Shown piece after piece: positions 27,697-36,915 of a stretch of DNA of 64,000 nucleotides. This DNA comes from Betaproteobacteria bacterium. GTDB taxonomy: Bacteria; Pseudomonadota; Gammaproteobacteria; Burkholderiales; SG8-39. Where the stretch lies: the NCBI GenBank assembly GCA_037443705.1, contig JBBINV010000005.1, positions 1,578 to 65,577 of the forward strand. Direction: 5' to 3'. Position numbers and translations under genes: made by a program. How positions within the stretch are numbered: position 1 is the first letter of the stretch; the number at the start of each line of letters is the position of its first letter. The notes beneath the pieces were generated by a model. That model was not told where the DNA came from. It searched no databases and was given only the letters and a program-made list of their open reading frames with translations.

Positions 27697-30183
27697 CTAC
27701 GTCTCCTTCCCTCGCGCCGGCTTGCGTGCGGTGCGCGAGGGCCGGATGCGCTCCGGCTCCGCCGGCTTTCCGAAAAGATACCCCTGCGCCAGCTCGCAGC
27801 CTTCGGCCGCGAGCATACGCGCCTGCGCGCGCGTTTCCACGCCCTCGGCCACGACCTCCGCGCCCATGCCGCGGCCGAGGGCGATCACCGCACGGCAGAT
27901 CGCGAGGCTGTCGCGGTCCCCCGGAAGGCCGCGCACGAAGCTGCGGTCGATCTTGAGCGTGTCGATCGGAAAGCTCTTGAGGTAGCCGAGCGACGAGTAG
28001 CCGGTGCCGAAGTCGTCCACCGAGAGCTTCACGCCCAGGTCTTTCAGCTCGTGCAGCAGGCGCGTGCCTTCCTCGAGGTTGTGCATGACCGCGCTCTCGG
28101 TGATCTCGAGCCGCAGGAGCGAGGGGTCGACCCCCGCACCCCCGGTCGCCGCCTGCACCGCCTCGCGAAGGCCGGGGTCGCGGAACTGGCGCGTCGAGAG
28201 ATTGATCGAGACGACGAACGGGGCGCGCCGGCCGCGGTTCCACTCGGCCGCCTGGTGCGCGGCCTGTGCGAGCACCCAGCGCCCGATCGGCACGATCAGC
28301 CCGGACTCCTCCGCCACGGGAATGAACTGCGCGGGACCGGTCACGCTGCCGTCGGCGCGCGGCCAGCGCAGCAGCGCTTCCGCCCCGACCGCCTCGCCCG
28401 AGCCGAGACGCACGATCGGCTGGTAGTGCAGCGTCAGCTCCCGCTCCTCGAGCGCGCGGCGCAGGTCCCGCTCCAGCGCGAGGAACCGCACCACGCGCTC
28501 GTTCATCTCGGGGGCGAAGAAGCGGAAGCACGCGCGGCCCGATTCCTTCGCGCGGTAGAGCGCCGTGTCGGCGTTGCGGAGCAGCGTCGCGGCGTCGGCA
28601 CCGTCCTTCGGGTGAACCGCGATACCCGCGCTCGCCGTGAGCACGAACTCGTGCGCCTCGATCCGCAGCGGCGCGCCGATCGCGTTCATGAGCTTCGAGG
28701 CGACCACCGAGGCATCGTCGTCGCGCTGCAGGTCGGCGAGCAGCGCGACGAACTCGCCGCCGCTCAGCCGCGCCACCGTGTCGCCCGCCCGCAGCGTGTC
28801 GGCGATCCGCCGCGCGACCGCCGCGATCACCTTGTCGCCCATCTCGTGGCCGAGGCTGTCGTTGATCCGCTTGAGATGGTCGACGTCGATGAACATGACG
28901 CCGAGCGCGCGCCCGGAGCGGGACGCCTGCAGCACCGCCTGCGCCGCGCGGTCGTTGAGCAGGTTCCGGTTCGGAAGCCCGGTGAGCGAGTCGTAGCTCG
29001 CCTGCCGCTCGATCTGCTCCTGGTAGCGGATGCGGTCGGTGACGTCGGTGGTGACGCCCACCATGTGCGTCACGCGCCCTGCGTCGTCGCGCACCGGCGC
29101 CACGCGCAGCTCGTTCCAGAAGACCGTGCCGTCCTTGCGGTAGTTGCGCAGCAGCACCGTCGCCTCGCGCTCCTCGCGCACCGCGGCGCGCAGCTCGTGC
29201 ACGCCGGGCTGGTCGCGGTCCTCGCCGTGGAGGAACCGCGGATCCCGGCCCATCACCTCGGCCGCCGCGTAGCCGGTCACGCGCTCGAACGCCGGGTTGA
29301 CGTACACGATGGCGTGGCCGGCGCGCGTCTGCTCGGTGATCATGACCGAGTTCACGCTCGACTCGAGCGCGCGGTTCCGCAAATGCAGCGCGGCCTCGGC
29401 GCGCTTCCTGTCCGTGATGTCCTGCGCCCCGCCTCGGTAGCCGATGAACCTTCCCTGCCGGTCGTGCAACGGTCCGCCGCTCACGCTCATGTAGCGGACC
29501 GAGCCGTCGGCCATGCGCCGGCGGAATTGCGCGTCGCGGAACGGCTCGTGCCGCTCGAGCTGCGCGCGGTGCGCCGACCAGTCGCCGGCCGCGGGCTCGA
29601 GGTCGGGAATCTCCCAGCGCGCCTTGCCGAGGTACACGCCCGGGTCTCCGCCGCGCGACATCGCCGCCGCCCCGGGGCCCGAGAGCACGGTGAACCGGAA
29701 CTGCGCGTCCTGCTCCCAGTACCAGTCGCTCGTGAGCTCGGTGAGGCTGCGGAAGCGCGCTTCGCTGTCGCGCAGCGCGCGGAAGGTGTTCGCCTGCATC
29801 GCCGCAAGGCGCACCAGGCGCTCCAGCCCCGCGCGGTCCAGCCGGTCCTTGCTCACCAGGTCGTAGGCGCCGCGCGCGAGCGCCTCCTCGGGCAGCCGCG
29901 GATCGGGCATGCCGGTGAGCACGATGATCAGCCGGTCGGTCGCGCCCGCGAGGCGCTCGAGCGTCGCCAGACCCGCGGAGTCGGGCAGCCCGAGGTCCGT
30001 GATGACGAGATCCACGCTGCTGCCGGCGAGCAGCGCGAGCGCCTCGCCGAGCGTCTTCGCCCACTCGACCGAAAGATCGGCCCAGGCGACCGCGCCGAGT
30101 TGCCGGCGCACGATTTCCGCGAAGTCGGCATCGTCCTCCACGAGGAGGATCCGCACCGAGGGGCGCGCGGGCACCGGGTCCAT
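27697..30183 (-). CDS. response regulator with REC-PAS-PAS-GGDEF-EAL architecture (c-di-GMP turnover)
   Basis: REC (ILLVEDD...DLVITDLGLPD), two PAS domains, GGDEF (RLSGGEFVAL) and EAL (EALLRW...EITES...DDFGTGYSSL). Confidence 0.9.
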   Translation of the reverse strand: MDPVPARPSVRILLVEDDADFAEIVRRQLGAVAWADLSVEWAKTLGEALALLAGSSVDLVITDLGLPDSAGLATLERLAGATDRLIIVLTGMPDPRLPEEALARGAYDLVSKDRLDRAGLERLVRLAAMQANTFRALRDSEARFRSLTELTSDWYWEQDAQFRFTVLSGPGAAAMSRGGDPGVYLGKARWEIPDLEPAAGDWSAHRAQLERHEPFRDAQFRRRMADGSVRYMSVSGGPLHDRQGRFIGYRGGAQDITDRKRAEAALHLRNRALESSVNSVMITEQTRAGHAIVYVNPAFERVTGYAAAEVMGRDPRFLHGEDRDQPGVHELRAAVREEREATVLLRNYRKDGTVFWNELRVAPVRDDAGRVTHMVGVTTDVTDRIRYQEQIERQASYDSLTGLPNRNLLNDRAAQAVLQASRSGRALGVMFIDVDHLKRINDSLGHEMGDKVIAAVARRIADTLRAGDTVARLSGGEFVALLADLQRDDDASVVASKLMNAIGAPLRIEAHEFVLTASAGIAVHPKDGADAATLLRNADTALYRAKESGRACFRFFAPEMNERVVRFLALERDLRRALEERELTLHYQPIVRLGSGEAVGAEALLRWPRADGSVTGPAQFIPVAEESGLIVPIGRWVLAQAAHQAAEWNRGRRAPFVVSINLSTRQFRDPGLREAVQAATGGAGVDPSLLRLEITESAVMHNLEEGTRLLHELKDLGVKLSVDDFGTGYSSLGYLKSFPIDTLKIDRSFVRGLPGDRDSLAICRAVIALGRGMGAEVVAEGVETRAQARMLAAEGCELAQGYLFGKPAEPERIRPSRTARKPARGKET

Positions 30184-30216
30184 GGCCGAAGGATAGCGGC
30201 GCCGGGCAAGGCGCGG

Positions 30217-31986
30217 CTAGCGCTCGAGCACGTACGTCCCGGGCGCGTCGGCGAGTCTGGGGAATTCCTTGGTCTCGAGGGGCGGCGGTGCCCCGAGCGG
30301 GCCGCAGTGCTCGGCGAGCCAGCCGGTCCAGTCTTCCCACCAGCTGCCCTGGCGCTCCTCGGCCTGCGCGCGCCAGTTGTCGGCGCTCTGGCCGCGGTGC
30401 GCGGCGCCGATCCAGTAGCGGCGCTTCGCCGGCTTCACCGGCGGGTTCACGATGCCGAGGATGTGGCCCGAGCTGGAAAGCACGAAGCGCTTGGGCGAGG
30501 TGACGTAGCCGTTGATCTTGAAGGTCTGGCGCCAGGGCGCGATGTGGTCGTCCTCGGCCGAGACGTCGTACAGCGGCTGATGGATGCGCGCGATGTCGAT
30601 CGGCTCGCCGGCCACGGTGAGCGCGTCGCGCTTCACCAGGTTGTTCTTGAGGTACATCTCGCGCAGGTAGTACTCGTGCATGCGCCAGGGCATGCGCGTC
30701 GTGTCCATGTTCCAGTAGAGCACGTCGAACGGCGCCGGGCGCTCGCCGTAGAGCCAGCCATGCACCACGTAGTGCCAGATGAGGCTGTTCGACCGGAGTA
30801 GCCGGAACGAGGCCGCCATCTCGCGCCCGTCGAGGTAGCCGCGCGCGCGCATCATGTCGGCGAGCCAGCGCACGGTGCCCTCGTCGAGGAACACTTCGAT
30901 GTCCCCCGGCGACTGGAAATCGGTGAGCGCCGCGAGCAGCGTCCAGCTCGAGACCGGAACGTCCTCGCGCGCGTGCCTGCGGTTGAGCCACGCGAGATAG
31001 GTGGCGAGGAGCGTGCCGCCGATGCAGTAGCCGGCCGCGTGCACCCTGTCCGACCCGCTCACGCCCTGCGCCACACGCACGGCTTCGGCGACGCCGTGCG
31101 TGAGATAGTCGTCGAAGCCGGTTTCGGCGAGTTCCGGGCCGGGGTTCTTCCAGCTCGTCACGTACACGTCGAAGCCCCTGTCGAGGAGGTGCCGCACCAT
31201 GCTCTTCCTCGGCGTGAGATCGAGCACGTAGTACTTGTTGATCCACGGCGTGACGAGCACGACCGGAACCTTCCGCACCTGGGCCGCGGCCGGCGCGTAA
31301 TGGATCACTTCGAGCAGGCGGTTGCGGTACACGACTGCGCCCGGCGTGGTCGCGAGGTTTCCGCCGACCTGGAAGTCCTCGGGCGAAGTCATGCGCACGG
31401 TGCCCGCGCGGAGGTCCTCCATGAAGATCTCGCAGCCGCGCCGCAGGCTCTCCCCGCGCGTCTCGACGGCCTTGCGCATCGCGACCGGATTGGTGAGGAG
31501 GAAGTTCGTGGGCGCCACCGCGTTCAGCCATTTCCGCCACCAGAACGCGGCCCGGCGCCGCTCGCGCGGCGAGATCCCGGGCGTGGCGAAGAGCGCGTCC
31601 TGCACCTGGCGCGTGATGAACAGATACCACTGCTTGAGCAGGTCCCAGCCCGGCTCGCGGGTCCAGACGGGATCCGCGAAGCGCGCATCGTCGGCCTGGG
31701 GAACCACGATGTCGGGACCGGGGCGGCCCGCGAGGCGCGCCGCGGTGTGCGCCTGCAGCGCGAGCAGGCTCCCGGCGAAGCGCGTCCACTGCTCGAAGAG
31801 CTCCTGCGGGTGCAGCATCCAGGCGAGGTGCGCGTGCGCGAGCGGCGCGATCATGCCGATCGGATCGGCGAACGACTCCACGCTGCCGCGCAGCGCGCGC
31901 AGCCGCTCGGCCGAAACCGCGAAGAGATGGGTCAGCTGCTCCTCGGCCTGGGGGACGGCTTCGGTCGGAAGGCCGGTGCGGTTCAT
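30217..31986 (-). CDS. phaC: class I poly(3-hydroxyalkanoate) synthase
   Basis: NKYYVLDL, lipase-box GYCIGGT and the WNMDTTRMP region; 589 aa. Confidence 0.9.
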   Translation of the reverse strand: MNRTGLPTEAVPQAEEQLTHLFAVSAERLRALRGSVESFADPIGMIAPLAHAHLAWMLHPQELFEQWTRFAGSLLALQAHTAARLAGRPGPDIVVPQADDARFADPVWTREPGWDLLKQWYLFITRQVQDALFATPGISPRERRRAAFWWRKWLNAVAPTNFLLTNPVAMRKAVETRGESLRRGCEIFMEDLRAGTVRMTSPEDFQVGGNLATTPGAVVYRNRLLEVIHYAPAAAQVRKVPVVLVTPWINKYYVLDLTPRKSMVRHLLDRGFDVYVTSWKNPGPELAETGFDDYLTHGVAEAVRVAQGVSGSDRVHAAGYCIGGTLLATYLAWLNRRHAREDVPVSSWTLLAALTDFQSPGDIEVFLDEGTVRWLADMMRARGYLDGREMAASFRLLRSNSLIWHYVVHGWLYGERPAPFDVLYWNMDTTRMPWRMHEYYLREMYLKNNLVKRDALTVAGEPIDIARIHQPLYDVSAEDDHIAPWRQTFKINGYVTSPKRFVLSSSGHILGIVNPPVKPAKRRYWIGAAHRGQSADNWRAQAEERQGSWWEDWTGWLAEHCGPLGAPPPLETKEFPRLADAPGTYVLER

Positions 31987-32073
31987 GCCGCCAGCCTAGG
32001 GGACCGGCCTCCCCGCCCGGTTGCGATAGATCAAGGTTCGAGAAGATTACAATCGCTCCCGAGGAGGGAAAGG

Positions 32074-33816
32074 ATGTCTGCACGCCTGCATACCGACCTG
32101 CGCTTCGCGAGCCCCCAGGTCACGATGGAAAGGCGCCCCGGCGGCGCGATCGTCCTGCGCTCGCCCGAGCCGCTCGGGCCTTACCCGCGCGCGATCGGCG
32201 AATGGCTCGAGCGCTGGGCGCGCGAGGCGCCGGATCGCGTGCTCGTCGCCGAGCGCGCGGGCGAGGGCTGGCGCAGGGTGACCTACCGCGAGGCGCTGGA
32301 TGCGGCGCGGCGCATCGGGCAGGCGCTGCTCGAGCGCGGGCTCGGAAAGGACAGGCCGGTCGCGATCCTTTCCGACAACGGCGTCGACCATGCGCTCCTC
32401 GCGCTCGGCGCGATGCACGTCGGCGTTCCGGTCGCGCCGATCTCGCCCGCGTACTCGCTCATGTCGAAGGACTTCGCAAAGCTCAGGGCGATCTTCGAGC
32501 TGCTGAAGCCGGGGCTCGTGTACGCGGCCGACCCGGCGAAGTTCGCTCCCGCCCTGCAGGCAGTCGGGGCGAGCGCGACGCCGATTGGCGCCCTGCTGGA
32601 AAAACCGGGATCGTCGAGAGTCGACGACGCCTTCGCCGCCGTCACCCCCGACACCGTCGCGAAGATCCTCTTCACCTCGGGGTCCACGGGCCTTCCGAAG
32701 GGCGTGATCAACACCCAGCGCATGCTGTGCTCGAACCAGCAGAGCTGGGCGCAGCTCTGGCCGTTCCTCGAGGCGCGCCCGCCGGTGATCGTCGAGTGGC
32801 TGCCGTGGAACCACACCTTCGGGGGCAACGCGACCTTCAACATGATCCTGCGCAACGGCGGCTCGATCTACGTCGACGGCGGAAAGCCGATGCCCGGTCT
32901 GGTCGAGACCACGGTCCGCAACCTCAAGGACGTGTCGCCCACGATGCACTTCAACGTGCCGCGCGGCTTCGACCTGCTGCTGCCCTTTCTCGAATCCGAC
33001 GCGGCGCTCCGGAAGAGCTTCTTCCGCGACCTCGATCTCGTGTTCTACGCCGGCGCGGCGCTGCCGCAGAACCTGTGGGAGCGCATCGAGCGCCTCGCGA
33101 TCGCGGAGAAGTCCGGCCGGCTCGCGATGCTCTCGGCCTGGGGCTCGACCGAGACCGCGCCGATGTCCACGTGCGTCCACATGCCCATCGAGCGCGCGGG
33201 CGTGATCGGGCTCCCGGCGCCCGGAAGCGAGATCAAGCTCGTGCCCTCGGGCGGAAAGCTCGAGGCGCGCGTGCGCGGCCCGAACGTGACGCCCGGCTAC
33301 TTCAAGCGCGACGACCTGACCCGGGCCGCGTTCGACGAGGAAGGCTTTTACCGGATCGGCGACGCGCTGAGGCTCGCAGATCCCGCGGCGCCGGAAAAAG
33401 GCCTCGTCTTCGACGGCCGCGTCGCGGAAGACTTCAAGCTGACCACCGGCACCTGGGTGCACGCGGGCGCGGTGCGCGTAAAGCTCATCGCTGCCGCCAA
33501 CCCCCTCGTCCAGGACGCCGTGATCACCGGCCACGACCGCGACGAGGTCGGGGCGCTGGTTTTCCTGAGCGCGGCGGCGAAGGATCTTTCGCCGGAAACG
33601 ATACGGGAAAGGCTTTCTGCCGCCCTCAAGGCCCTCCTCGCCGAAGGCGGAAGCTCGACCCACCCCGTGCGGCTCCTCGTGATGACCGAGCCGCCGTCGA
33701 TCGACGCCAACGAGATCACCGACAAGGGCTACATCAACCAGCGCGCCGTGCTCGAGCGGCGCGCGGCGCTGGTGGAGAAGCTCTACGCGGGAGCAGCCGA
33801 GGTCGTACGACCGTAA
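32074..33816 (+). CDS. feruloyl-CoA-synthase-like AMP-dependent ligase
   Basis: ATG 32074 follows GGAGGG. FTSGSTGLPKGVINT AMP box and an N-terminus (VLRSPEPLGPYPRAIGEWLERWAREAPDRV) like Fcs-type enzymes. Confidence 0.85.
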   Translation: MSARLHTDLRFASPQVTMERRPGGAIVLRSPEPLGPYPRAIGEWLERWAREAPDRVLVAERAGEGWRRVTYREALDAARRIGQALLERGLGKDRPVAILSDNGVDHALLALGAMHVGVPVAPISPAYSLMSKDFAKLRAIFELLKPGLVYAADPAKFAPALQAVGASATPIGALLEKPGSSRVDDAFAAVTPDTVAKILFTSGSTGLPKGVINTQRMLCSNQQSWAQLWPFLEARPPVIVEWLPWNHTFGGNATFNMILRNGGSIYVDGGKPMPGLVETTVRNLKDVSPTMHFNVPRGFDLLLPFLESDAALRKSFFRDLDLVFYAGAALPQNLWERIERLAIAEKSGRLAMLSAWGSTETAPMSTCVHMPIERAGVIGLPAPGSEIKLVPSGGKLEARVRGPNVTPGYFKRDDLTRAAFDEEGFYRIGDALRLADPAAPEKGLVFDGRVAEDFKLTTGTWVHAGAVRVKLIAAANPLVQDAVITGHDRDEVGALVFLSAAAKDLSPETIRERLSAALKALLAEGGSSTHPVRLLVMTEPPSIDANEITDKGYINQRAVLERRAALVEKLYAGAAEVVRP

Positions 33817-33839
33817 GTGCCGGTGCTATAGTCCCCCGC

Positions 33840-34247
33840 ATGACGCGGGCCGAAATCGTCGAGCAGTTGCGCGCCTTCTTCGCGGATCGCGCGCGTGCGA
33901 TCGCCTGCGCGTATCTTTACGGCAGCGCCGCCCGGGGCGAGGCGCGCACCGGAAGCGATATCGATGTCGCAGTGCTGCTCCGAGAGGCGCCTTCCGGAAC
34001 CCTGGAGGGTCTGGGGCTGGACATCGCCGGCGAGATCGAGCGACGCGTCGGCAAACCGGTGGACATCGTGGTGCTCAATCGGGCTTCGCCGGATCTCGTG
34101 CACCGCGTGCTGCGCGACGGCGTGCTCGTGCACGAAAGCGATCCGCGCGCGCGGGTAGCGTTCGAGACCCGCAAGCGCGCGGAGTACTTCGACGTCCTGC
34201 CCTGCCTGCGGGAGTATCGCCGCTCGGCCGAGAGGCACCGCTCGTGA
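33840..34247 (+). CDS. mntA: MNT-type nucleotidyltransferase antitoxin
   Basis: YLYGSAARGEARTGSDIDVAVLL (GSxxRG...DxD nucleotidyltransferase motif). 4-nt overlap with the downstream DUF86 gene. Confidence 0.85.
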   Translation: MTRAEIVEQLRAFFADRARAIACAYLYGSAARGEARTGSDIDVAVLLREAPSGTLEGLGLDIAGEIERRVGKPVDIVVLNRASPDLVHRVLRDGVLVHESDPRARVAFETRKRAEYFDVLPCLREYRRSAERHRS

Positions 34248-34672
34248 CGGACGTCGAGCTGATCGAAAAGAAGCTCGCGTTCATCGAGACGTGCGTGCGC
34301 GAGCTGCGCACGCTCGCCAGGCCCGCGGCGATCGCGACCGACCTGCGCGAAGAGCGGTTCGCGGCGTATACGCTTCAGATCGCGGTGCAGGCGGCACTCG
34401 ACGTCGCATCCCATATCGTTTCGGACGATCGCCTCGGAGAGCCCGACACCAATCGGCAGCTGTTCGATCTGCTGGCTCGCGCCGGCTGGCTGTCTGCGGA
34501 GATCACCGACACGATGCACAAGATGGCCGGCTTCCGGAATGTCGTGGTGCATGGCTATCAAGCTCTCGACAGGGCGATTCTTGCGGACGTCGTGGCGAAC
34601 CGGCTCGGCGATCTTCTTGACTTCGTTGCGGCGATCCGGCGCGGGCTGGCGGAACGAAAAGGCCGCACTTAG
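34244..34672 (+). CDS. hepT: HepT (DUF86) RNase toxin
   Basis: RX4HXY motif present as FRNVVVHGY; 142 aa. GTG start overlaps the MNT stop (GTGA). Confidence 0.85.
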   Translation: MTDVELIEKKLAFIETCVRELRTLARPAAIATDLREERFAAYTLQIAVQAALDVASHIVSDDRLGEPDTNRQLFDLLARAGWLSAEITDTMHKMAGFRNVVVHGYQALDRAILADVVANRLGDLLDFVAAIRRGLAERKGRT

Positions 34673-35124
34673 ACGCGCGGCGCGACCAGGCAAAGACCGA
34701 CGGCGCGTGCAAGTGGTCGCTGCCGTCCGTCGAAGGTCAGAAATGACCGAAAGCCGAGCTCGAGGGCGCTCGCCACGTGAAGCACGTCGAGCGAACGGCA
34801 ACCCACCGAGGCGGTGTACCGACGGCTGAGCTCGGCCGCCCGCCGCAACGCGGAGCGCCACAGGAGATCGGCCTGGACGTATCGACCTTCAGACCAGTCC
34901 TCGTCGAAGGATTCCAGGGCGTCGCGCATCGCCTGCGCGCTGATGTCGCCCCGAAAGGCAGCGAGACAAATCCCGTTGGCGATCTCGGCCCGGCCGTGCA
35001 GCGTGAGGACGAGAGCGCCACGGTTCCGGCCGCGCCACGCGTTCATCGCGGCCGACGCCCGCTGGTGGATGTAAAGCGTAAGCAACGCGCTGGGGTCGAC
35101 GTACGTCGACTCAGCGCTCGCCAC
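34669..35124 (-). CDS. vapC: PIN-domain toxin (VapC-like)
   Basis: N-terminal YVDPSALLTLY acidic residue, later DVLHVASAL and FLTFD; about 151 aa. Its stop overlaps the hepT stop by 4 nt (convergent). Confidence 0.8.
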   Translation of the reverse strand: MASAESTYVDPSALLTLYIHQRASAAMNAWRGRNRGALVLTLHGRAEIANGICLAAFRGDISAQAMRDALESFDEDWSEGRYVQADLLWRSALRRAAELSRRYTASVGCRSLDVLHVASALELGFRSFLTFDGRQRPLARAVGLCLVAPRV

Positions 35125-35377
35125 GATTCTCCTCAGTGAGCGCCTTGGCGGCCAGGGCGTCCAGCGGCACGGGCTGATGGCGCTTCAGGCGCGCAAGGTA
35201 GTCCTTGACCCGAGGTTCGCTTGCGCGCTTGCGGGACGTGTACAGCGTGAGCCGGTAGCGCGGCTCGCCCCGCTCCGTAACCAAAACCTCGCCCTCGCTT
35301 TCGACGAGCCTTCTGACTCTAGGAAAGCGATTGCGCAAGTCACGGACGGTAGCGGTGGACGCCATAACGTGAGACAT
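35111..35377 (-). CDS. Phd/YefM-type antitoxin
   Basis: ATVRDLRNRFPRVRRLVESEGEVLVTERGEPRYRL. Overlaps the vapC start by 14 nt. Start is either 35377 or 35365. Confidence 0.75.
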   Translation of the reverse strand: MSHVMASTATVRDLRNRFPRVRRLVESEGEVLVTERGEPRYRLTLYTSRKRASEPRVKDYLARLKRHQPVPLDALAAKALTEENRGER

Positions 35378-35397
35378 AAGTGTATCACTCTTTGCCC

Positions 35398-36294
35398 CTA
35401 GTGCCTCGACATGGCAAGCCCCGTGATCGCCCCGACCACCACGAAGGCGCCGAGCACCTGGGTGGCGCTCATCGCCTGCCCGAGCACCGCCCAGGCCATG
35501 ATCATCACCGCGATCGGCTCGGCGTTGAGCGCCACCGTGTTGCTCGGCGCGCCCACGCGCGGCAGGACGAGGAAGAACACGATCAGCGCCGAGGAGTAGA
35601 GCGCGGACAGAAGCGCGAGCGCGAGCCACCCGGCCGCGTCGGCCGGCAGTGCGAAGCCGCCCGTGGCGGCTCCCGCCGCGAGCATGACGGCGGCGACCGC
35701 CGCCATCGTGTAGAGCGTGCGCGCGCGGCCGTCGATCTCCTTCAGCCACCGGTTCGTGAGAAGGAGCACCAGCGCGAACGTCACCGCCGCGCCGAGCGCG
35801 TAGGCGACACCTGCGCCGATCCCGGTCCAGCGCCCCGCGATGTGCCGCGCGCCGCCGATCACGTCGAGCACGAGCGCGAGTCCCGCGAGCGCCGCCGGCA
35901 TCGCCAGCGCCGCGCGCGCGCCGAGCCGCTCGCCGCCCGTCCAGGCCGAGAGCAGCGTGAACAGCAGCGGAAACAGGTTGAACACGAGCAGCGCGAGCGC
36001 CACCGGGATGCGCGCCACCGCCGAATACAGGCAATAGCTCTGCACCGCGATCAGCGCGCCCACGGCGAAAGCGCGCAGCCGCAGCCGCGGCTCGAGACCG
36101 CGCGGCACGCCCTGCAGCGCCATCAGCGCGAGCACCAGCGCCGCAGCGACCGCCGAGCGCGTCGCCACCGCGGTGAGCACGTTGGCGCCGTGATCGAAAG
36201 CGATCCGGGCGCAGACGTGGTTGGCGCCGAAGGTGATCGCGATCCCCACGAGCATCGGGATCACCAGCGCGCGCGGCAGCGGGCCCTGCGGCAT
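35398..36294 (-). CDS. DMT-superfamily (EamA-like) transporter
   Basis: About 10 predicted hydrophobic helices and two EamA-like halves. Start MPQGPLPRALVIPML at 36294; the upstream ORF extension was rejected. Confidence 0.85.
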   Translation of the reverse strand: MPQGPLPRALVIPMLVGIAITFGANHVCARIAFDHGANVLTAVATRSAVAAALVLALMALQGVPRGLEPRLRLRAFAVGALIAVQSYCLYSAVARIPVALALLVFNLFPLLFTLLSAWTGGERLGARAALAMPAALAGLALVLDVIGGARHIAGRWTGIGAGVAYALGAAVTFALVLLLTNRWLKEIDGRARTLYTMAAVAAVMLAAGAATGGFALPADAAGWLALALLSALYSSALIVFFLVLPRVGAPSNTVALNAEPIAVMIMAWAVLGQAMSATQVLGAFVVVGAITGLAMSRH

Positions 36295-36327
36295 TTGGGC
36301 GATAATAAGGGCAACCGCAGTCCCCCC

Positions 36328-36915
36328 ATGCACGGTCTCGCCCGGTTTCGCACTTTCATTCAGGACATGACGCGCCTCGCGGAGCGCCACGGCGGCGACG
36401 AGGCCGCGATGCTCGCGCAGGGCGAAGCGCTGCTGCGCGAGCTGATCGCGCACGACGACTGGCTGCCCGCGGAGTTCGCGCGGCCCTCTGCGGACTCTTA
36501 CCGCCAGTACCTGCTCCATTGCGATCCGCTCGAGCGCTTCTCGGTGGTGAGCTTCGTCTGGCAGCCGGGGCAGCGCACGCCGATCCACGACCACACCGTC
36601 TGGGGCCTCGTCGGCGTCATGCGTGGCGAGGAACTGTGCCGCGAATACTCGAACGACATCAAGCCGACGGGGGAGCATCTCGTCCTTCCCGGCCAGGTCG
36701 ACCGCGTCTCGCCCACGATCGGAGACGTGCACGTCGTATCGAACGCGACGGAAGACCGCACCGCGGTCAGCATCCACGTGTACGGCGCGAATATCGGCGC
36801 GGTGCGCCGGCACACGTTCGATCCGGCGACCGGCGCGCGGCGCGAGTTCGTCTCCGGCTACTCGAACGCCACGATCCCGAACCCGTGGGACCGCTCGCGC
36901 GAGCGCTCGCGCTGA
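36328..36915 (+). CDS. cysteine-dioxygenase-type-I-like cupin (thiol dioxygenase homolog)
   Basis: VVSFVWQPGQRTPIHDHTVWGLVGV...IHVYG cupin metal-site pattern. ATG 36328 lies 33 nt from the divergent transporter start. Confidence 0.8.
   Translation: MHGLARFRTFIQDMTRLAERHGGDEAAMLAQGEALLRELIAHDDWLPAEFARPSADSYRQYLLHCDPLERFSVVSFVWQPGQRTPIHDHTVWGLVGVMRGEELCREYSNDIKPTGEHLVLPGQVDRVSPTIGDVHVVSNATEDRTAVSIHVYGANIGAVRRHTFDPATGARREFVSGYSNATIPNPWDRSRERSR

Noticed and set aside
27491-32083. 1530-aa ORF on the minus strand, the longest in the track
   Set aside because: The translation is Arg/Ala/Gly/Pro-rich low-complexity sequence with no recognisable motif. It runs out of frame across two genes with unmistakable homology (GGDEF/EAL regulator, phaC). 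This is the typical shadow ORF of very GC-rich DNA.
33840-35377. The TA islet as part of a mobile element or integrated prophage remnant
   Set aside because: No integrase, transposase, tRNA target, or direct or inverted terminal repeats are visible in the flanks. Only comparative genomics could show that it is an insertion.
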